In this document: in pieces, positions 9,516-19,371 of the stretch | Layout of the letters: each line of letters starts with the position of its first letter | How positions within the stretch are numbered: the stretch's first letter is position 1 | Virus record (IMG/VR): IMGVR_UViG_3300042691_038651 | Coordinates: 1-64,000 of that record | Source of the DNA: a virus | Length of the DNA: 64,000 bases | Strand: one strand, 5' to 3' | Notes under the pieces: generated by a model | The model's input: the letters and a program-made list of their open reading frames with translations, nothing else | Database searches by the model: none | Told to the model about the DNA's origin: nothing | Translations under genes and position numbers: made by a program

Positions 9516-10315
9516 CAAACAAAATAAAAAGAGTAGACACACCACATGGCCGAGTGTACATGGTCAAAGATGGAGAAGAGATAAAGATCTATCCATCTGT
9601 AACAACCGTGCTTTCATCAGAGGCCAACCCCTGGTTAGACAAACTTGCCCAAGATATTGGTGAGGCTGAACTTGCCAAGATTTCTCAAAGAGCTGCTAAT
9701 CGTGGAACGGTAATGCACACCTACCTGGAAAACTACCTCATCTGCATCGGTTACCGTGGTAACGGCGACGAATGTCTTCTCTATTCTCAAAAGAAGAGTA
9801 TAAAAGATTTAGCAGGAAAGTACGACCCTGAGACCATCGAAAAAGGAAGACTCCTATTTTACACAATGTTAGAGTCTGACCTCTTTAGAAAGATGAAAAA
9901 GCCGCTCTTCTCAGAAAAGTTTTTGTGGTCACACCAGTACGGCTTTGCCGGAACTGCTGACTTTGGTTATTCCGAAGTAATTGAAACAGAAGATGGAGAC
10001 ATCTTGGGAGATTTCAAAAGCGCCAATTCACCAAGAGGCGAAGATCAAGTAGGCAAATACAAAAAACAGCTCGGAGCATATTCTATTGCATATGAAGAGA
10101 GAACAGGGCGTAAAGTCAAACGGGCTGAAGTATGGATTGCTCACCCACAAGGCATACAGGAAATTGTTTTACAAGGCGATGATCTAGAAAGTGCCAAAAG
10201 TAACTTTGCAGCACTTTGCGAAAACTATCATCAAAACTGGAATAAAAAACCTATACTCGAATACTTAAAGTCTCTCAAAGATACTAAAATGACTGCTCAT
10301 GGAAGTGAAAGCTGA
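9512..10315 (+). CDS. PD-(D/E)XK exonuclease
   Basis: YPSVTTVLS, RGTVMH, FAGTAD, DFKS, QLGAY. Confidence 0.85.
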   Translation: MTNKIKRVDTPHGRVYMVKDGEEIKIYPSVTTVLSSEANPWLDKLAQDIGEAELAKISQRAANRGTVMHTYLENYLICIGYRGNGDECLLYSQKKSIKDLAGKYDPETIEKGRLLFYTMLESDLFRKMKKPLFSEKFLWSHQYGFAGTADFGYSEVIETEDGDILGDFKSANSPRGEDQVGKYKKQLGAYSIAYEERTGRKVKRAEVWIAHPQGIQEIVLQGDDLESAKSNFAALCENYHQNWNKKPILEYLKSLKDTKMTAHGSES

Positions 10316-11828
10316 AGTAACACCAGATAAGAGGTTCATACAGATTGTAGATGCCTCAGAGCTTGAGATGGATCAAATACGCCACTCATTTAAGAAACGC
10401 ATCAGTAACTGGAGGTTTCATCCACTGGTTAAAAAGCGTGTGTGGGATGGTTATATCTCTTTTATTGACCGATACAATCGTATACCGATTGGTCTTTGGA
10501 ACGAGCTCAATCAGACATGCGCTAAATATCATTTCAAATTAGAGGTTGCCGGGTTTGAAACTGTAGTTGATAACGAGTTTGATGAAGAAGACTTTCGCTC
10601 TTGGGTGGATGAATTCTTTGGTGATCACCCAAAAATTACACCAAGAGATTACCAGGTTGATGCCTGCATTCCAATCCTCAAATATCGCCGAAACATCAGT
10701 GAGATTGCTACATCGGCAGGAAAGACTCTTATCATGTTTATGTTGTTTGCATATATGATAGATCGTAAGAAAGCCAAGCGTCTTATGATTGTGGTACCAA
10801 ACACAAACCTCATCATACAGACTAACGAGGACTTTGAGATCTACAACAACAATAAGATGGACTTCAAAACCCAACTGATTCATGGAGGAACGGATAAAAC
10901 CAAGAAAGAGGTTGACCTTATCATTGGTACTTACCAATCCTTGGTGAAACGAGAACTACATTTCTTTGAAGGAATTGACGCTGTCCTGGTAGATGAGGCG
11001 CATCATACAAACGCAAGTTCAATCAAAAAGATCTTGGTGAACTGTATGGATGCCACCTACGCAGTCGGACTTTCAGGTACCATGTTACAAAATGGTAGCA
11101 CCGAGGCTTTAACTATCCAGGCATATCTGGGTCCGCAGGTAAACAATATCAGCGCATCGTTCCTTACTGAGAACAAATATGCCACTCCTATTCAGGTGAA
11201 AATTGTACAGATGGACTACATCGGTCATGAGATCCGTGAAAAGCTGGAAAGTCTTCGTGAACAAAAGAACAGCGGTGAATTTGATGGAGCAAAACTTCTA
11301 GAAGTTGAAAAGCGCTTGGTGGTCGAAAACCGCCCAAGGTTTCTCTACATTGCAAACTTCATCTGTAAAACTACCAAAAACTCATTGGTTTTGTATCAAA
11401 ATGTGAAAGATTCCTATGGCAGAAGAATCTACGACTACATTCGTGAAAATACCACCGATAAGGAAGTGTTTTATGTAGACGGTTCAACTCCGCCAGATTT
11501 GCGAGAAGACTACATCAATCGAATGGAGGAAGGCAGCAATAAAATCTTGGTAGCATCCTTTGGCACGTTCTCTACAGGTATCTCTATCAACAATATCCAT
11601 AACGTATTCTTTGTGGAATCCTACAAGAGCGAAAAGATTGTACGTCAATCAATCGGTCGAGGTATGCGTTTATGCGAAGGCAAAGAAAAGGTTAACATCA
11701 TTGACTTTGTAGATGACTTTTCTCTCAATTCACGAAACAAGAATTACCTGCTAAAACATGGAGAAGACCGCATGAAGATTTACAAGCAGCAAGGATTCCC
11801 CTATAAGCTATATAAAGTAACATTCTAA
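10299..11828 (+). CDS. uvsW: UvsW-like SF2 helicase
   Basis: PRDYQ, ATSAGKT, DEAHH, GLSGT, FSTGISI, QSIGRGMR. Confidence 0.92.
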   Translation: MEVKAEVTPDKRFIQIVDASELEMDQIRHSFKKRISNWRFHPLVKKRVWDGYISFIDRYNRIPIGLWNELNQTCAKYHFKLEVAGFETVVDNEFDEEDFRSWVDEFFGDHPKITPRDYQVDACIPILKYRRNISEIATSAGKTLIMFMLFAYMIDRKKAKRLMIVVPNTNLIIQTNEDFEIYNNNKMDFKTQLIHGGTDKTKKEVDLIIGTYQSLVKRELHFFEGIDAVLVDEAHHTNASSIKKILVNCMDATYAVGLSGTMLQNGSTEALTIQAYLGPQVNNISASFLTENKYATPIQVKIVQMDYIGHEIREKLESLREQKNSGEFDGAKLLEVEKRLVVENRPRFLYIANFICKTTKNSLVLYQNVKDSYGRRIYDYIRENTTDKEVFYVDGSTPPDLREDYINRMEEGSNKILVASFGTFSTGISINNIHNVFFVESYKSEKIVRQSIGRGMRLCEGKEKVNIIDFVDDFSLNSRNKNYLLKHGEDRMKIYKQQGFPYKLYKVTF

Positions 11829-11831
11829 GTG

Positions 11832-11840
11832 GATATATAG
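11832..11840 (+). promoter_or_regulatory. putative late promoter GATAWATA(G), representative site
   Basis: GATATATAG also at 5179, 28315, 42774, 55482 and 57065; variants at 19325, 23237, 24820, 26622, 60859 and 62925; all shortly upstream of late-type genes. Confidence 0.75.
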
Positions 11841-11857
11841 TAAAAATTGTCCACATA

Positions 11858-12238
11858 GTGAAGTCATTCGTAGAATTCCTTACTGAAGCAAAAGGCGCTG
11901 GAAACATTAAAAACTCCAAGACGCTCGAAATGCCGCTTGGCGACAATCCTCTTACAATAGGAATGAACCATGCGGATCCTACTATTGACGGGCTTCGCAC
12001 ACATTTACTTGACATTTTTTGGCCAAAAGCTAATGGCGACAAAAAATTAGAGACCAAGATCAATCAATGTATTACTACATTTGCTCACGCAATGGACAAA
12101 AAGCTAAGGATTGATGAGGATATCATCATTCTATTAGCAAAATGTGCAAATATGAGCCAGGATGAAGTGACCAAAATACTCAGCGAGGAGCTGGATAAAT
12201 ACTACGGTCAATTTCAAAACATATATGGAATGACATAA
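11858..12238 (+). CDS. CTS-leader protein (putative internal head protein)
   Basis: Starts MKSFVEFLTE|A, directly after late motif GATATATAG. Confidence 0.65.
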   Translation: MKSFVEFLTEAKGAGNIKNSKTLEMPLGDNPLTIGMNHADPTIDGLRTHLLDIFWPKANGDKKLETKINQCITTFAHAMDKKLRIDEDIIILLAKCANMSQDEVTKILSEELDKYYGQFQNIYGMT

Positions 12239-12250
12239 AAATAAAGCAAC

Positions 12251-12592
12251 ATGATGAAAAAGTTTAGCGAATGGATTGGTTCAGTAAGAGAAGCAGAAGA
12301 GAAAGAGCTTTCTCCTCTACAGAAATCTTACCGTGAATACTTTCAAGCAAAATTGTCAAAATTTGGAGTTGAGTCTCCTGCTGACCTCGACGACGAAAAG
12401 AAGAAAGAGTTCTTCAACGAAATCTCTGCTGATTGGGAAGCTGGAAAAGGCGTAAAACCTGCAGCAAAAGAAGAGATTGAGAAAGAGAAAGAAGAGGCTA
12501 AAGAGAAGGAGAAAGAAGAGCCTTCAAAAGATGTAGCAGACCTTGAGGGAAGCCCCGAGGACAAAATGGAAGACCTAACAAAAACCAAATAA
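12251..12592 (+). CDS. highly charged CTS-like protein, paralog A
   Basis: MKKFSEWIGSVRE|A; about 75 aa nearly identical to the next ORF; E/K-rich tail. Confidence 0.7.
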   Translation: MMKKFSEWIGSVREAEEKELSPLQKSYREYFQAKLSKFGVESPADLDDEKKKEFFNEISADWEAGKGVKPAAKEEIEKEKEEAKEKEKEEPSKDVADLEGSPEDKMEDLTKTK

Positions 12593-12595
12593 GAT

Positions 12596-13021
12596 ATGAA
12601 AAAATTTAGCGAATGGATTGGAACAGTCCGCGAAGCAGCCGAAGCAAAAAAATCTGAGCTTCAGAAGTCTTACCAAGACTATTTTCAAGCCAAGTTAGCA
12701 AAATACGGGGTAGAATCTCCTGCTGACCTTGATGAGGAGAAGAAAAAAGAATTCTTTAACGAGATCTCTGCTGACTGGGATGCTGGTAAAGGTGTTAAGC
12801 CTGCTGCCAAAGAAAAGGTGGAAAAAGAAAAGGAAGAAGCTGGAATTAAAGAAGGCGAAGTTCCTGCTGCAAAACCTGCTGAAGAGACTGCCGAGCTTCC
12901 AAAAGCTGATGAAACTCCGGAAAGTACTGAGGTAAAAGCTGCTGAACCTAAGAAAGAGGAAGAGCAGGGAACCGAGGTTAACAAGGAAGGTGACATCGAC
13001 ACAGAAAAAGAAGTAAAGTAA
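12596..13021 (+). CDS. highly charged CTS-like protein, paralog B
   Basis: MKKFSEWIGTVRE|A; tandem paralog of 12251..12592. Confidence 0.7.
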   Translation: MKKFSEWIGTVREAAEAKKSELQKSYQDYFQAKLAKYGVESPADLDEEKKKEFFNEISADWDAGKGVKPAAKEKVEKEKEEAGIKEGEVPAAKPAEETAELPKADETPESTEVKAAEPKKEEEQGTEVNKEGDIDTEKEVK

Positions 13022-13022
13022 G

Positions 13023-13268
13023 ATGAACTTTTCAGAATTTGAAAAAGGCATTAACGAAGCTCCTAACTATTCTCCTGAGAGACTAAAAGCACACTCCGAT
13101 AAAGCTGAAAAGCTTCGTCAGGCTGCTTTAGCCGCTTGTTCCAAAAACCAAAAGTTCTTGGATATGAAGAATCTGGGAGGCCAGCAACTAGACAATGCTG
13201 AAGAGGCATTTGAAGATCTGGAATCTGCAATGGAGGCCTACTTTGACCACTTAAAAACTGCACCTTAA
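13023..13268 (+). CDS. CTS-leader protein
   Basis: MNFSEFEKGINE|A. Confidence 0.6.
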   Translation: MNFSEFEKGINEAPNYSPERLKAHSDKAEKLRQAALAACSKNQKFLDMKNLGGQQLDNAEEAFEDLESAMEAYFDHLKTAP

Positions 13269-13269
13269 T

Positions 13270-13737
13270 ATGAAACACGCAAAAACATTTGAAGCTTTTA
13301 TTGCTGAAAAACTAACTGCAAAAAATCCTAATGAAGTTGTTACCATCGATGCTGATATGGCATATGATAACCCTATGGATGCTAAAGTAGTTTTTAATAA
13401 GTTCAAGCTTAAAGTAAAAGAGGTTAAAGGCGGTCAAGGCACTGAGCACGAGATCACTGGAACCAAGAAAGACATTCTTGCATATCTACAGAGCGAATTC
13501 TATGAAATGGAAGACGAGGATATTAAAGAGTTATATCCCGAGCTGCTTGAAGGAAATGAGCTTGACGAAGCAATGGTACAAATTGCCGGAAAGAGCAAGC
13601 CTTCTGGAGCTAAAGTACTTGCCATAGTTCTTGTTGACTATATGATTGAAAAGGACTATCTTAAACCAGGAATGGATAAGTCGAAGAAAAATCTGGTAGA
13701 TGATCTTCAACAATTCATTATGGATAACACTTTCTAA
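13270..13737 (+). CDS. CTS-leader two-module protein
   Basis: MKHAKTFEAFIAE; internal linker LLEGNELDE|A. Confidence 0.7.
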   Translation: MKHAKTFEAFIAEKLTAKNPNEVVTIDADMAYDNPMDAKVVFNKFKLKVKEVKGGQGTEHEITGTKKDILAYLQSEFYEMEDEDIKELYPELLEGNELDEAMVQIAGKSKPSGAKVLAIVLVDYMIEKDYLKPGMDKSKKNLVDDLQQFIMDNTF

Positions 13738-13739
13738 GT

Positions 13740-14054
13740 ATGAAACATATAAACACCTTTGAGTCATTCATAAACGAGGCATACCGTCAGGTTCCTTACA
13801 ATGCAAAAATCTCTGGCAAATACGAAATTACCATAGACGGAAAGAACCTGGTTACAAATGTAGCTGGATTCGAGAGACAAGACGATGACAACGATTCTCT
13901 CTATTTTATGGATGATGATCCGCTCAAAGCTGAGCATGGAAGTTTTATCGTTAAAAATAGCGATATGATAAAACTATCAAAAGGTGCTACTGTGAATGCT
14001 GTTTGTTCTAAACACGGTAAACCAGCAAAAATCAAAAGAGTAGGAGATCTGTGA
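13740..14054 (+). CDS. CTS-leader protein
   Basis: MKHINTFESFINE|A. Confidence 0.7.
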   Translation: MKHINTFESFINEAYRQVPYNAKISGKYEITIDGKNLVTNVAGFERQDDDNDSLYFMDDDPLKAEHGSFIVKNSDMIKLSKGATVNAVCSKHGKPAKIKRVGDL

Positions 14055-14404
14055 AACACATACACACATTTGAAAGCTTTTTGAACGAGGCAAAACTTAA
14101 TGAGTATGGAGCCAAACCATCAGCAGATAACTGGTTAGGTTGGTTTGTGCTAACAGGCAATTTGCGTGGAGATTTGAATGCGTGGAAAAAAGGAGAGCTG
14201 GTTAAGGCACACACATCAGATGACAAAGACTATGTTTTTGTGGTAACAGGCGATACCAATTACGAGGCTTACGATGATATCGCAAAAGCTGACTTTGATA
14301 AAATTGCTGAGCCGCTAAATAAAGACAAGCACAAAAAGTCTTACAACTACGTACAGAAATTGAAAAAGCTAAACCAACTAAAAGATTGGGAAGCAATTGA
14401 CTAA
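14051..14404 (+). CDS. CTS-leader protein
   Basis: GTG start, MKHIHTFESFLNE|A. Confidence 0.7.
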   Translation: MKHIHTFESFLNEAKLNEYGAKPSADNWLGWFVLTGNLRGDLNAWKKGELVKAHTSDDKDYVFVVTGDTNYEAYDDIAKADFDKIAEPLNKDKHKKSYNYVQKLKKLNQLKDWEAID

Positions 14405-14419
14405 AAAATATAAGTGAAG

Positions 14420-14860
14420 ATGAAACACGTAAACACGTTTGAAAACTTTCTAGGAGAAGCAAAAGTATTAAAGAAAAATGATACTACCTATGGATGGCAT
14501 ATGGCTATTATAGAGTCAGACATTTTTGGAAAAATCAAGCTTGAGACAAAGATTGTTCCAACAGAAAAAGGAAATCACGAACCCGTTGAAGGATCTGTGA
14601 CTGCGGTGGTAAAGATGGGAATAGGAAATTCTCCTTCAGAAACCATCAAAGAGTACACAATAGATTCTGCTGATGCCAAGAAGCTTTCTACATTGTATGT
14701 TAATGCAACGGAAGAAATGGGAAAAACCGGAAAGTACGTAGGCGTTGAAGATCCTCTTAAAGAAAAGCTGGATAAAGAACTTCATGCGTTTGAATTAGAT
14801 CTTTTTGAAAAGGGCCTATCTGCTCTTGAAGACACTTTCATGAAAAAAGAATACAAATAA
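14420..14860 (+). CDS. CTS-leader protein
   Basis: MKHVNTFENFLGE|A. Confidence 0.7.
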   Translation: MKHVNTFENFLGEAKVLKKNDTTYGWHMAIIESDIFGKIKLETKIVPTEKGNHEPVEGSVTAVVKMGIGNSPSETIKEYTIDSADAKKLSTLYVNATEEMGKTGKYVGVEDPLKEKLDKELHAFELDLFEKGLSALEDTFMKKEYK

Positions 14861-14861
14861 T

Positions 14862-15458
14862 ATGAAGCATATAAAGACATTTGAGAGCTATGTTGTTAGC
14901 CTAAGTGAAGGACTAAACCCTTCCAAAATGAAAGAGCTGATTGCAGAGGTAGCTGAATTGTTAGCCGGACAACTAGCCGATGAAGGTATGGAATCTGATG
15001 AAGTGGAAAACTTTTTAGAGGAGTACCCAAATGCTGCAGAATCTACGCTGGAAGGCTTGGAGGATAAGTACGGAACTGACCTTGTCAACCTATGGCCCAA
15101 GATGAAAGCTGAGGTTATTAAAAAGGTACAAGAGATGCTAGATGAAAACGTTAATGAAGGCCGTTCAGACTTCCGCGAAATTGAAGGTAAAGACCTTGAA
15201 GACGTTTTGGATGCTGTTGCCTATTTGAATGGACAAGGACTTCCTGAAGTTGAAAAAGCTGTAAAAGGGAAAGCGCCTTACAAATTGATTGGCAGCAAAT
15301 CCGGATCTCCAAAAGGCGGCGGAATGCACATGTCATCAATTGATTTCCAAGAAAATCCAGGTGGCGTTAAAATGAGCGTTGGTGAATTCATCGATGTACT
15401 AAATACGGTATTGGATGACGCAGGCTACGACAAATTCAAAGTAAAAATCTTAAAGTAA
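14862..15458 (+). CDS. CTS-leader two-module protein
   Basis: MKHIKTFESYVVSLSE|G; internal LDENVNE|G. Confidence 0.7.
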   Translation: MKHIKTFESYVVSLSEGLNPSKMKELIAEVAELLAGQLADEGMESDEVENFLEEYPNAAESTLEGLEDKYGTDLVNLWPKMKAEVIKKVQEMLDENVNEGRSDFREIEGKDLEDVLDAVAYLNGQGLPEVEKAVKGKAPYKLIGSKSGSPKGGGMHMSSIDFQENPGGVKMSVGEFIDVLNTVLDDAGYDKFKVKILK

Positions 15459-16780
15459 TGGGTCTTAAAAACTACACACAATTCCTCAGAGAATCTGCTC
15501 TCATTGAAATGATGAGATTGGACCAGGAAGCTGGCCTATATGAGGAACATCTTTTTGAAGGCGGCGCATACGGTCACATCAGTCACCCGTTTGAAGACTT
15601 TGGTCTTACAATGGCTGACCTTCAAAATATGATCAATACAACTGTCAACGGTGCTTTTGGTCCTGAGAATTTTGTGCAGGAAAAGACCGATGGACAAAAC
15701 ATACTCATTTCTTGGAAGAACGGTAAGCTGATTGCTGCGAGAAACAAATCTCACTTAAAAAATGCGGGAGAAGCCGCATTGGATTCTTCTGGTATTGCCA
15801 ATATGTTTGCAGGTCGAGGAGACATTGAAACTGCATACAATGCGGCAATGGAAGATCTATCAGCTGCAATCGGAAAGCTTTCTGATGCTGACAAGAAAAA
15901 ATACTTTGAGGAAGGCAAGAAATTTGCTTCGGTTGAAGTAATTACCCCTATCACACAAAATACCGTTCCTTACGGAAAGGACATGTTAGTTCTTCACGGA
16001 GTAGTTGAACACGACGATGCCGGTAATGCGGTAGGTGAAGACAAACAGGCTGGCCGTGATTTAGGAAAACTTATTGCTGACGCAAATGCTGCAGCACAGA
16101 AAAAGTTCTATGTACGCGGTCCTCAAGATATTGCATCTGTGCCGTTCCCAAATACTAAAGCCCGCGCAGCTTATTATGACAAAAAGTTAGCCGAAGTTAT
16201 GGCAGAGAGCGGATCAAATCCCAGCAGTACTGTTGGTGATTATGCTTTAGGCATGGGTAAGCGTATTCTTCTTGAAGAGGCTGCCGCTGCAAAGGTAACA
16301 ATACCTGAAATTGCTGTTGATGGTTTAGCACGTCGCATTGCTGACATTGACAAATCATATAGTGTTCCACAGATCAAAAAAGATCTTGGTGCAGATGCTG
16401 ATTGGTTCATTACACTAGAGAAAGACAAAGGCAAAGCATTGAAGAGAAAGATCTATGCTCCGCTTGAGAGTCTGTTCCTGGAAATTGGAACCGAGATGAT
16501 GAAAAACATTAGCGCTTTCCTATCAGCCAATCCTACTGATGCGGCACAGGCAATGCGTAAAGAAATTGATAGTACAATCTCTAAGGTTCGCACCAACGGA
16601 GATGAAAAGGATGTAGAAAAACTTGAACATGAACTTACCCGAGTTGCTGCTGCCGGAGGATTGGAAAGTATTGTTCCAACTGAAGGCATCACATTCGTAT
16701 TCAATGGCAAGCTGTATAAATATACTGGAATCTTTGCTCCATTACACCAAATAAGAAGCATCCTTGCTTACAAAAAGTAA
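15458..16780 (+). CDS. ligase-like nucleotidyltransferase-fold protein with CTS-like leader
   Basis: MGLKNYTQFLRE; LFE|GGAYGHISHPF; ligase motif I EKTDG; EGITF resembles motif IV; YKYTG.FAP. Confidence 0.55.
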   Translation: MGLKNYTQFLRESALIEMMRLDQEAGLYEEHLFEGGAYGHISHPFEDFGLTMADLQNMINTTVNGAFGPENFVQEKTDGQNILISWKNGKLIAARNKSHLKNAGEAALDSSGIANMFAGRGDIETAYNAAMEDLSAAIGKLSDADKKKYFEEGKKFASVEVITPITQNTVPYGKDMLVLHGVVEHDDAGNAVGEDKQAGRDLGKLIADANAAAQKKFYVRGPQDIASVPFPNTKARAAYYDKKLAEVMAESGSNPSSTVGDYALGMGKRILLEEAAAAKVTIPEIAVDGLARRIADIDKSYSVPQIKKDLGADADWFITLEKDKGKALKRKIYAPLESLFLEIGTEMMKNISAFLSANPTDAAQAMRKEIDSTISKVRTNGDEKDVEKLEHELTRVAAAGGLESIVPTEGITFVFNGKLYKYTGIFAPLHQIRSILAYKK

Positions 16781-16787
16781 TATGAAC

Positions 16788-17180
16788 ATGAAAAGCATTA
16801 AAACATTCGAAGCCTTCTTGAGAGAAGCTGAGGAAGAAAAACCAAAAGGAAAAGAAGGAGAAGGCGCAGCTCAAGAACCGGAAGGTCCTACCATTGACAA
16901 AGATCAACCTCGAATGAAAGATTTTGAGATTGACGGAAAGAAATATAAAGGCGTTCTTTCTACATTTGCTGCTATTGCTAAAAAACAAGAGGCAATGGGC
17001 GAGACTGAAATAGGAATCCTCACATTACCTGGAGAGGCTGCTGCTTACGAGCTGTTTACTGATGAAGGAGAGAAAGATGAAGAAGGCGAAGGCGAGGAAA
17101 AGAAAGAAGAACCTAAAGAAGAACCAGCAGCTGAAGAGCCAAAAAAGAAGAAAGAGGACGAGCTGGATCTGAATCTCTAA
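16788..17180 (+). CDS. acidic CTS-leader protein
   Basis: MKSIKTFEAFLRE|A; E/K-rich. Confidence 0.65.
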   Translation: MKSIKTFEAFLREAEEEKPKGKEGEGAAQEPEGPTIDKDQPRMKDFEIDGKKYKGVLSTFAAIAKKQEAMGETEIGILTLPGEAAAYELFTDEGEKDEEGEGEEKKEEPKEEPAAEEPKKKKEDELDLNL

Positions 17181-17196
17181 AATAACTTTTTGATGT

Positions 17197-17805
17197 ATGT
17201 GCTATACACGTGAACAGATTGAAAAGGCCGTGAAGGCAAAAGGTTACAAATGGTTTGAAGATGCCGCTAACAAAACCTATGATGTAAATATCGTAGGAGT
17301 TCGTAACAATACTCCTTCAGTTGCCGATAAGGTTACCAACGTATTTGATGATTGCCTGACAATCTCTTACAAAGACGAAACAGGTGCATGGCAGTTTTAC
17401 TGCTGGATGGGAACCTGCGATCCTGGTAAAAAAGGCGTAGAACAGTTCCACAATAGCAGAGGAGTTGCTCGACTTGTTCCTGGACAATACCGCGGAGTTT
17501 GGATGATTGATAAACACCAAGGAAAGTACGATGCTCTTTGCCAAAGAGGCGGTAATGTTACTGTGTATCGAGATGCTGACCGCAATGCAACATTCAATGA
17601 AAGCGTGACTGACACGGGAATGTTTGGTATAAACATTCACAAAGCTGGCCAAGATTCAACCTGGGTTGAAAATTGGAGCGAGGGCTGTCAAGTTTTCAAA
17701 AGAGTAAAAGATTTTGATGCTTTTATGTCAATCTGTCGCAAAGCTGCAAAGATTCACGGAAACAAATTTTCTTACACTCTAATAGAATCAACTGATATTG
17801 CATGA
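17197..17805 (+). CDS. putative peptidoglycan-acting enzyme/endolysin (YkuD L,D-transpeptidase-like motif)
   Basis: GINIHKAG...WSEGCQVF has the H-x-n-SxGC catalytic arrangement; no CTS leader. Confidence 0.55.
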   Translation: MCYTREQIEKAVKAKGYKWFEDAANKTYDVNIVGVRNNTPSVADKVTNVFDDCLTISYKDETGAWQFYCWMGTCDPGKKGVEQFHNSRGVARLVPGQYRGVWMIDKHQGKYDALCQRGGNVTVYRDADRNATFNESVTDTGMFGINIHKAGQDSTWVENWSEGCQVFKRVKDFDAFMSICRKAAKIHGNKFSYTLIESTDIA

Positions 17806-18380
17806 ACTACATAAAGACATTTGAAAGCTTCATTTTTGAAGCGGATGGAAAAAAAGTTGTTTTCTTTCCAGGTAGGTTTCAGCCGTTTCACAATGGCCAC
17901 CTAGCCGCTTTGAAGAGAACTTCAGAAGAGTTTGGCTTGCCGGTTATTCCACTGCAAATTGTTTCCAAAAATGAAGACTCACCGTTTCCCGATGCTCTTC
18001 TCAATAAAATGGCAAAAGATGTGGTAGCTGCAAATAGCTTTATCGCTGACTTTTTCATCTATCCAAAAGGAGAAAAGACCGTCATTCCTATGATGGTACA
18101 ATTTCTTCGCAAACAGGGATACGAACCAATGGGACTGGGCGCCGGCGCTGACCGCATGAAAGACTATCTTCGTCAGGTTGACTACATCACGGGTCCTAAA
18201 ACCGATACACCGGTTGATCCCAGCTTTACAGTAAAAATGGTAGATGCCCGTGAAGGCGATGGACCAAGTGGAACAAAAGTTCGTCAAGCCTTGAAGGACG
18301 ACGACCAGGCAGCATTCAACGCTTTAATGCCAAAAGAACTACATAAATACTATAAGGAACTCCAAAAATACATACGCTAA
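17802..18380 (+). CDS. HxGH nucleotidyltransferase (cytidylyl/NMN-adenylyltransferase-like) with CTS leader
   Basis: MNYIKTFESFIFE|A; GRFQPFHNGH; GADR; SGTKVR. Confidence 0.8.
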   Translation: MNYIKTFESFIFEADGKKVVFFPGRFQPFHNGHLAALKRTSEEFGLPVIPLQIVSKNEDSPFPDALLNKMAKDVVAANSFIADFFIYPKGEKTVIPMMVQFLRKQGYEPMGLGAGADRMKDYLRQVDYITGPKTDTPVDPSFTVKMVDAREGDGPSGTKVRQALKDDDQAAFNALMPKELHKYYKELQKYIR

Positions 18381-18381
18381 T

Positions 18382-18720
18382 ATGAAACACATACACACAT
18401 TTGAAAGCTACATAAATGAATCTCATTACGCTTTCTTAGGAGGAAATTCCAATTTCACGGATGATGAAATGCGCAAAAATGTAGTCGACAAAGTATTGGG
18501 GAAAAAATATGATGCATACATCATGTTTGACGACGATGCACCAAAAGGAGAATATGACAAGATGAAAGCCAAATACGCTGCAAATACAGATGGGTGGGAA
18601 ACAATTTGGAGATCACAGTCATATCAAGGAGAAGCACGTCTTTCACCTGACAAGAAAGTTATTAAAGCAAGCATTTTTGGAAAAGGCGGAATCATCGGGG
18701 CCATCTATGTAAAGAAATAA
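18382..18720 (+). CDS. CTS-leader protein
   Basis: MKHIHTFESYINE|S. Confidence 0.7.
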   Translation: MKHIHTFESYINESHYAFLGGNSNFTDDEMRKNVVDKVLGKKYDAYIMFDDDAPKGEYDKMKAKYAANTDGWETIWRSQSYQGEARLSPDKKVIKASIFGKGGIIGAIYVKK

Positions 18721-18738
18721 TTCTATAACCGGTATGCA

Positions 18739-19371
18739 ATGATAGTAGATCTATTCGTACACAAAGACAAAAGCTCTCCCACAACTCAGGTTTGGCAGAG
18801 CTTTTTTAGTGAATACCTGCCGCATTGGAAACTGCGGCTCTGTTTTGCTGATGAAATTCTTAGATCTGACGCAAAACATGTACTATTCCCAGGCGGCTCA
18901 GGTTCAGCCTTTTACAAAGCTCTTGGAGAAGAAAACTCAGCAAGAGTCATTGATTGGGTACACCGTGGAGGATCATACATTGGTGTTTGTGCAGGCGCCT
19001 ACTTGGCATCCAGCCACTTAAAGATTACACCACTGTCCATACCGGACAAGGCATGGGAGCGCGGCTTACACGATGCTGACATACTGATGGATGGCAAGAT
19101 ACAAACCGTAAACTACCATAACGGACCAATCTTTGAGTCACATCCTAATGTGGAAGTATGGGCAACTTTTAAGAGTAATTACCTGGCAGAAGGTGGGTAT
19201 TTTGCAATGGAGGAAACTCCTGCAATTACTCATAATGAATACGGCATGGGCTTAGTTACCCTGTTTAGCCCGCATCTAGAAAAGTCGTCGCACGAAATAA
19301 AGAAAGAATTGGCTCTCATCTTTGAATATATAGAAAGTAAAAATCATCCAAGTCTCACATGCAATACGTAA
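18739..19371 (+). CDS. class I glutamine amidotransferase-like protein (BPL_N type)
   Basis: FPGGSG, YIGVCAGAYLA (Cys nucleophile elbow), SPHLE (His-x-Glu). Confidence 0.8.
   Translation: MIVDLFVHKDKSSPTTQVWQSFFSEYLPHWKLRLCFADEILRSDAKHVLFPGGSGSAFYKALGEENSARVIDWVHRGGSYIGVCAGAYLASSHLKITPLSIPDKAWERGLHDADILMDGKIQTVNYHNGPIFESHPNVEVWATFKSNYLAEGGYFAMEETPAITHNEYGMGLVTLFSPHLEKSSHEIKKELALIFEYIESKNHPSLTCNT

Noticed and set aside
9512-10315. Cas4-like nuclease as a sign of CRISPR
   Set aside because: It sits in the UvsY-UvsW recombination module and lacks an evident Fe-S cysteine set, so it is an ordinary phage exonuclease.
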